DNA of 64,000 nucleotides from Deltaproteobacteria bacterium (GTDB lineage Bacteria; Desulfobacterota; Desulfobacteria; Desulfobacterales; ETH-SRB1): NCBI GenBank assembly GCA_030262895.1, contig JAJSZW010000002.1, positions 11,692 to 75,691 of the forward strand, read 5' to 3'. Shown piece by piece: positions 63,972 to 64,000 of this stretch (position 1 is its first letter; each line of letters starts with the position of its first letter). The notes under the pieces were generated by a model. It saw only the letters and a program-made list of their open reading frames with translations, ran no database searches and was not told where the DNA came from. The position numbers and the translations under genes were made by a program.

Positions 63972-64000
63972 GATGTTTATTTTGGAGCGTTTTATGCGGA

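Overview
The window has two compositionally distinct parts. All domain calls come from motif recognition by eye, with no HMM or BLAST run, and GC statements are visual estimates.

(A) Positions 1 to ~34.3 kb are visibly GC-richer and every gene is on the minus strand. This part is a complete phage-tail-like contractile injection system (eCIS/Afp/PVC-like) locus with no capsid, portal or terminase genes in view.
- Core: three sheath paralogues, two tube proteins, a tail-assembly-chaperone-like gene followed by a start-codon-less ORF in the -1 frame (candidate recoding site), a DUF4255 cap, a two-P-loop AAA+ ATPase, a DUF4157 protein and a Q/N-rich possible tape measure.
- Baseplate: LysM tube initiator, split gpD plus gpV (VgrG-like) spike, PAAR, gp25, two large baseplate wedge proteins, a P2-gpI-like protein and a Big_2 fibre-like protein.
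- Non-canonical distal module: a signal-peptide/vWA/C-terminal-TM protein, two YkgJ-type Cys-cluster paralogues, and a second, very large DUF4157 protein cut by the window edge. I rate this module the most likely undescribed biology.
- Upstream control region: a DUF3467 gene behind a perfect sigma-54 -24/-12 promoter, palindromic UAS-like sites, an NtrC-type sigma-54 activator, and a truncated DUF3467 duplicate.

(B) Positions ~34.4 to 64 kb are AT-rich chromosomal backbone.
- Housekeeping genes: plsC, RNase J, ftsK, a GT2 glycosyltransferase, birA and hrpA.
- A PEP-CTERM/DUF4114 gene with its own sigma-54 promoter sits between a full birA and a decayed duplicate of the birA 3' end.
- A small toxin-antitoxin islet holds a HEPN fragment, higBA with a HigA-ImmA fusion, and parE/phd.
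- The biotin cluster is bioB-bioA-[FabZ-like, SDR, ACP-like, nitroreductase, KAS, hotdog]-bioF-bioD. It is interrupted three times by one family of about 100 bp (collapsed copy) to 260 bp inverted-repeat elements.
- A second GC-richer islet (55.6-59.9 kb) holds an orphan gene plus a TPR protein with near-identical 102-bp tandem repeats.

Several families of palindromic and heptamer-periodic repeats fill the intergenic spaces, and one sits in-frame inside hrpA.
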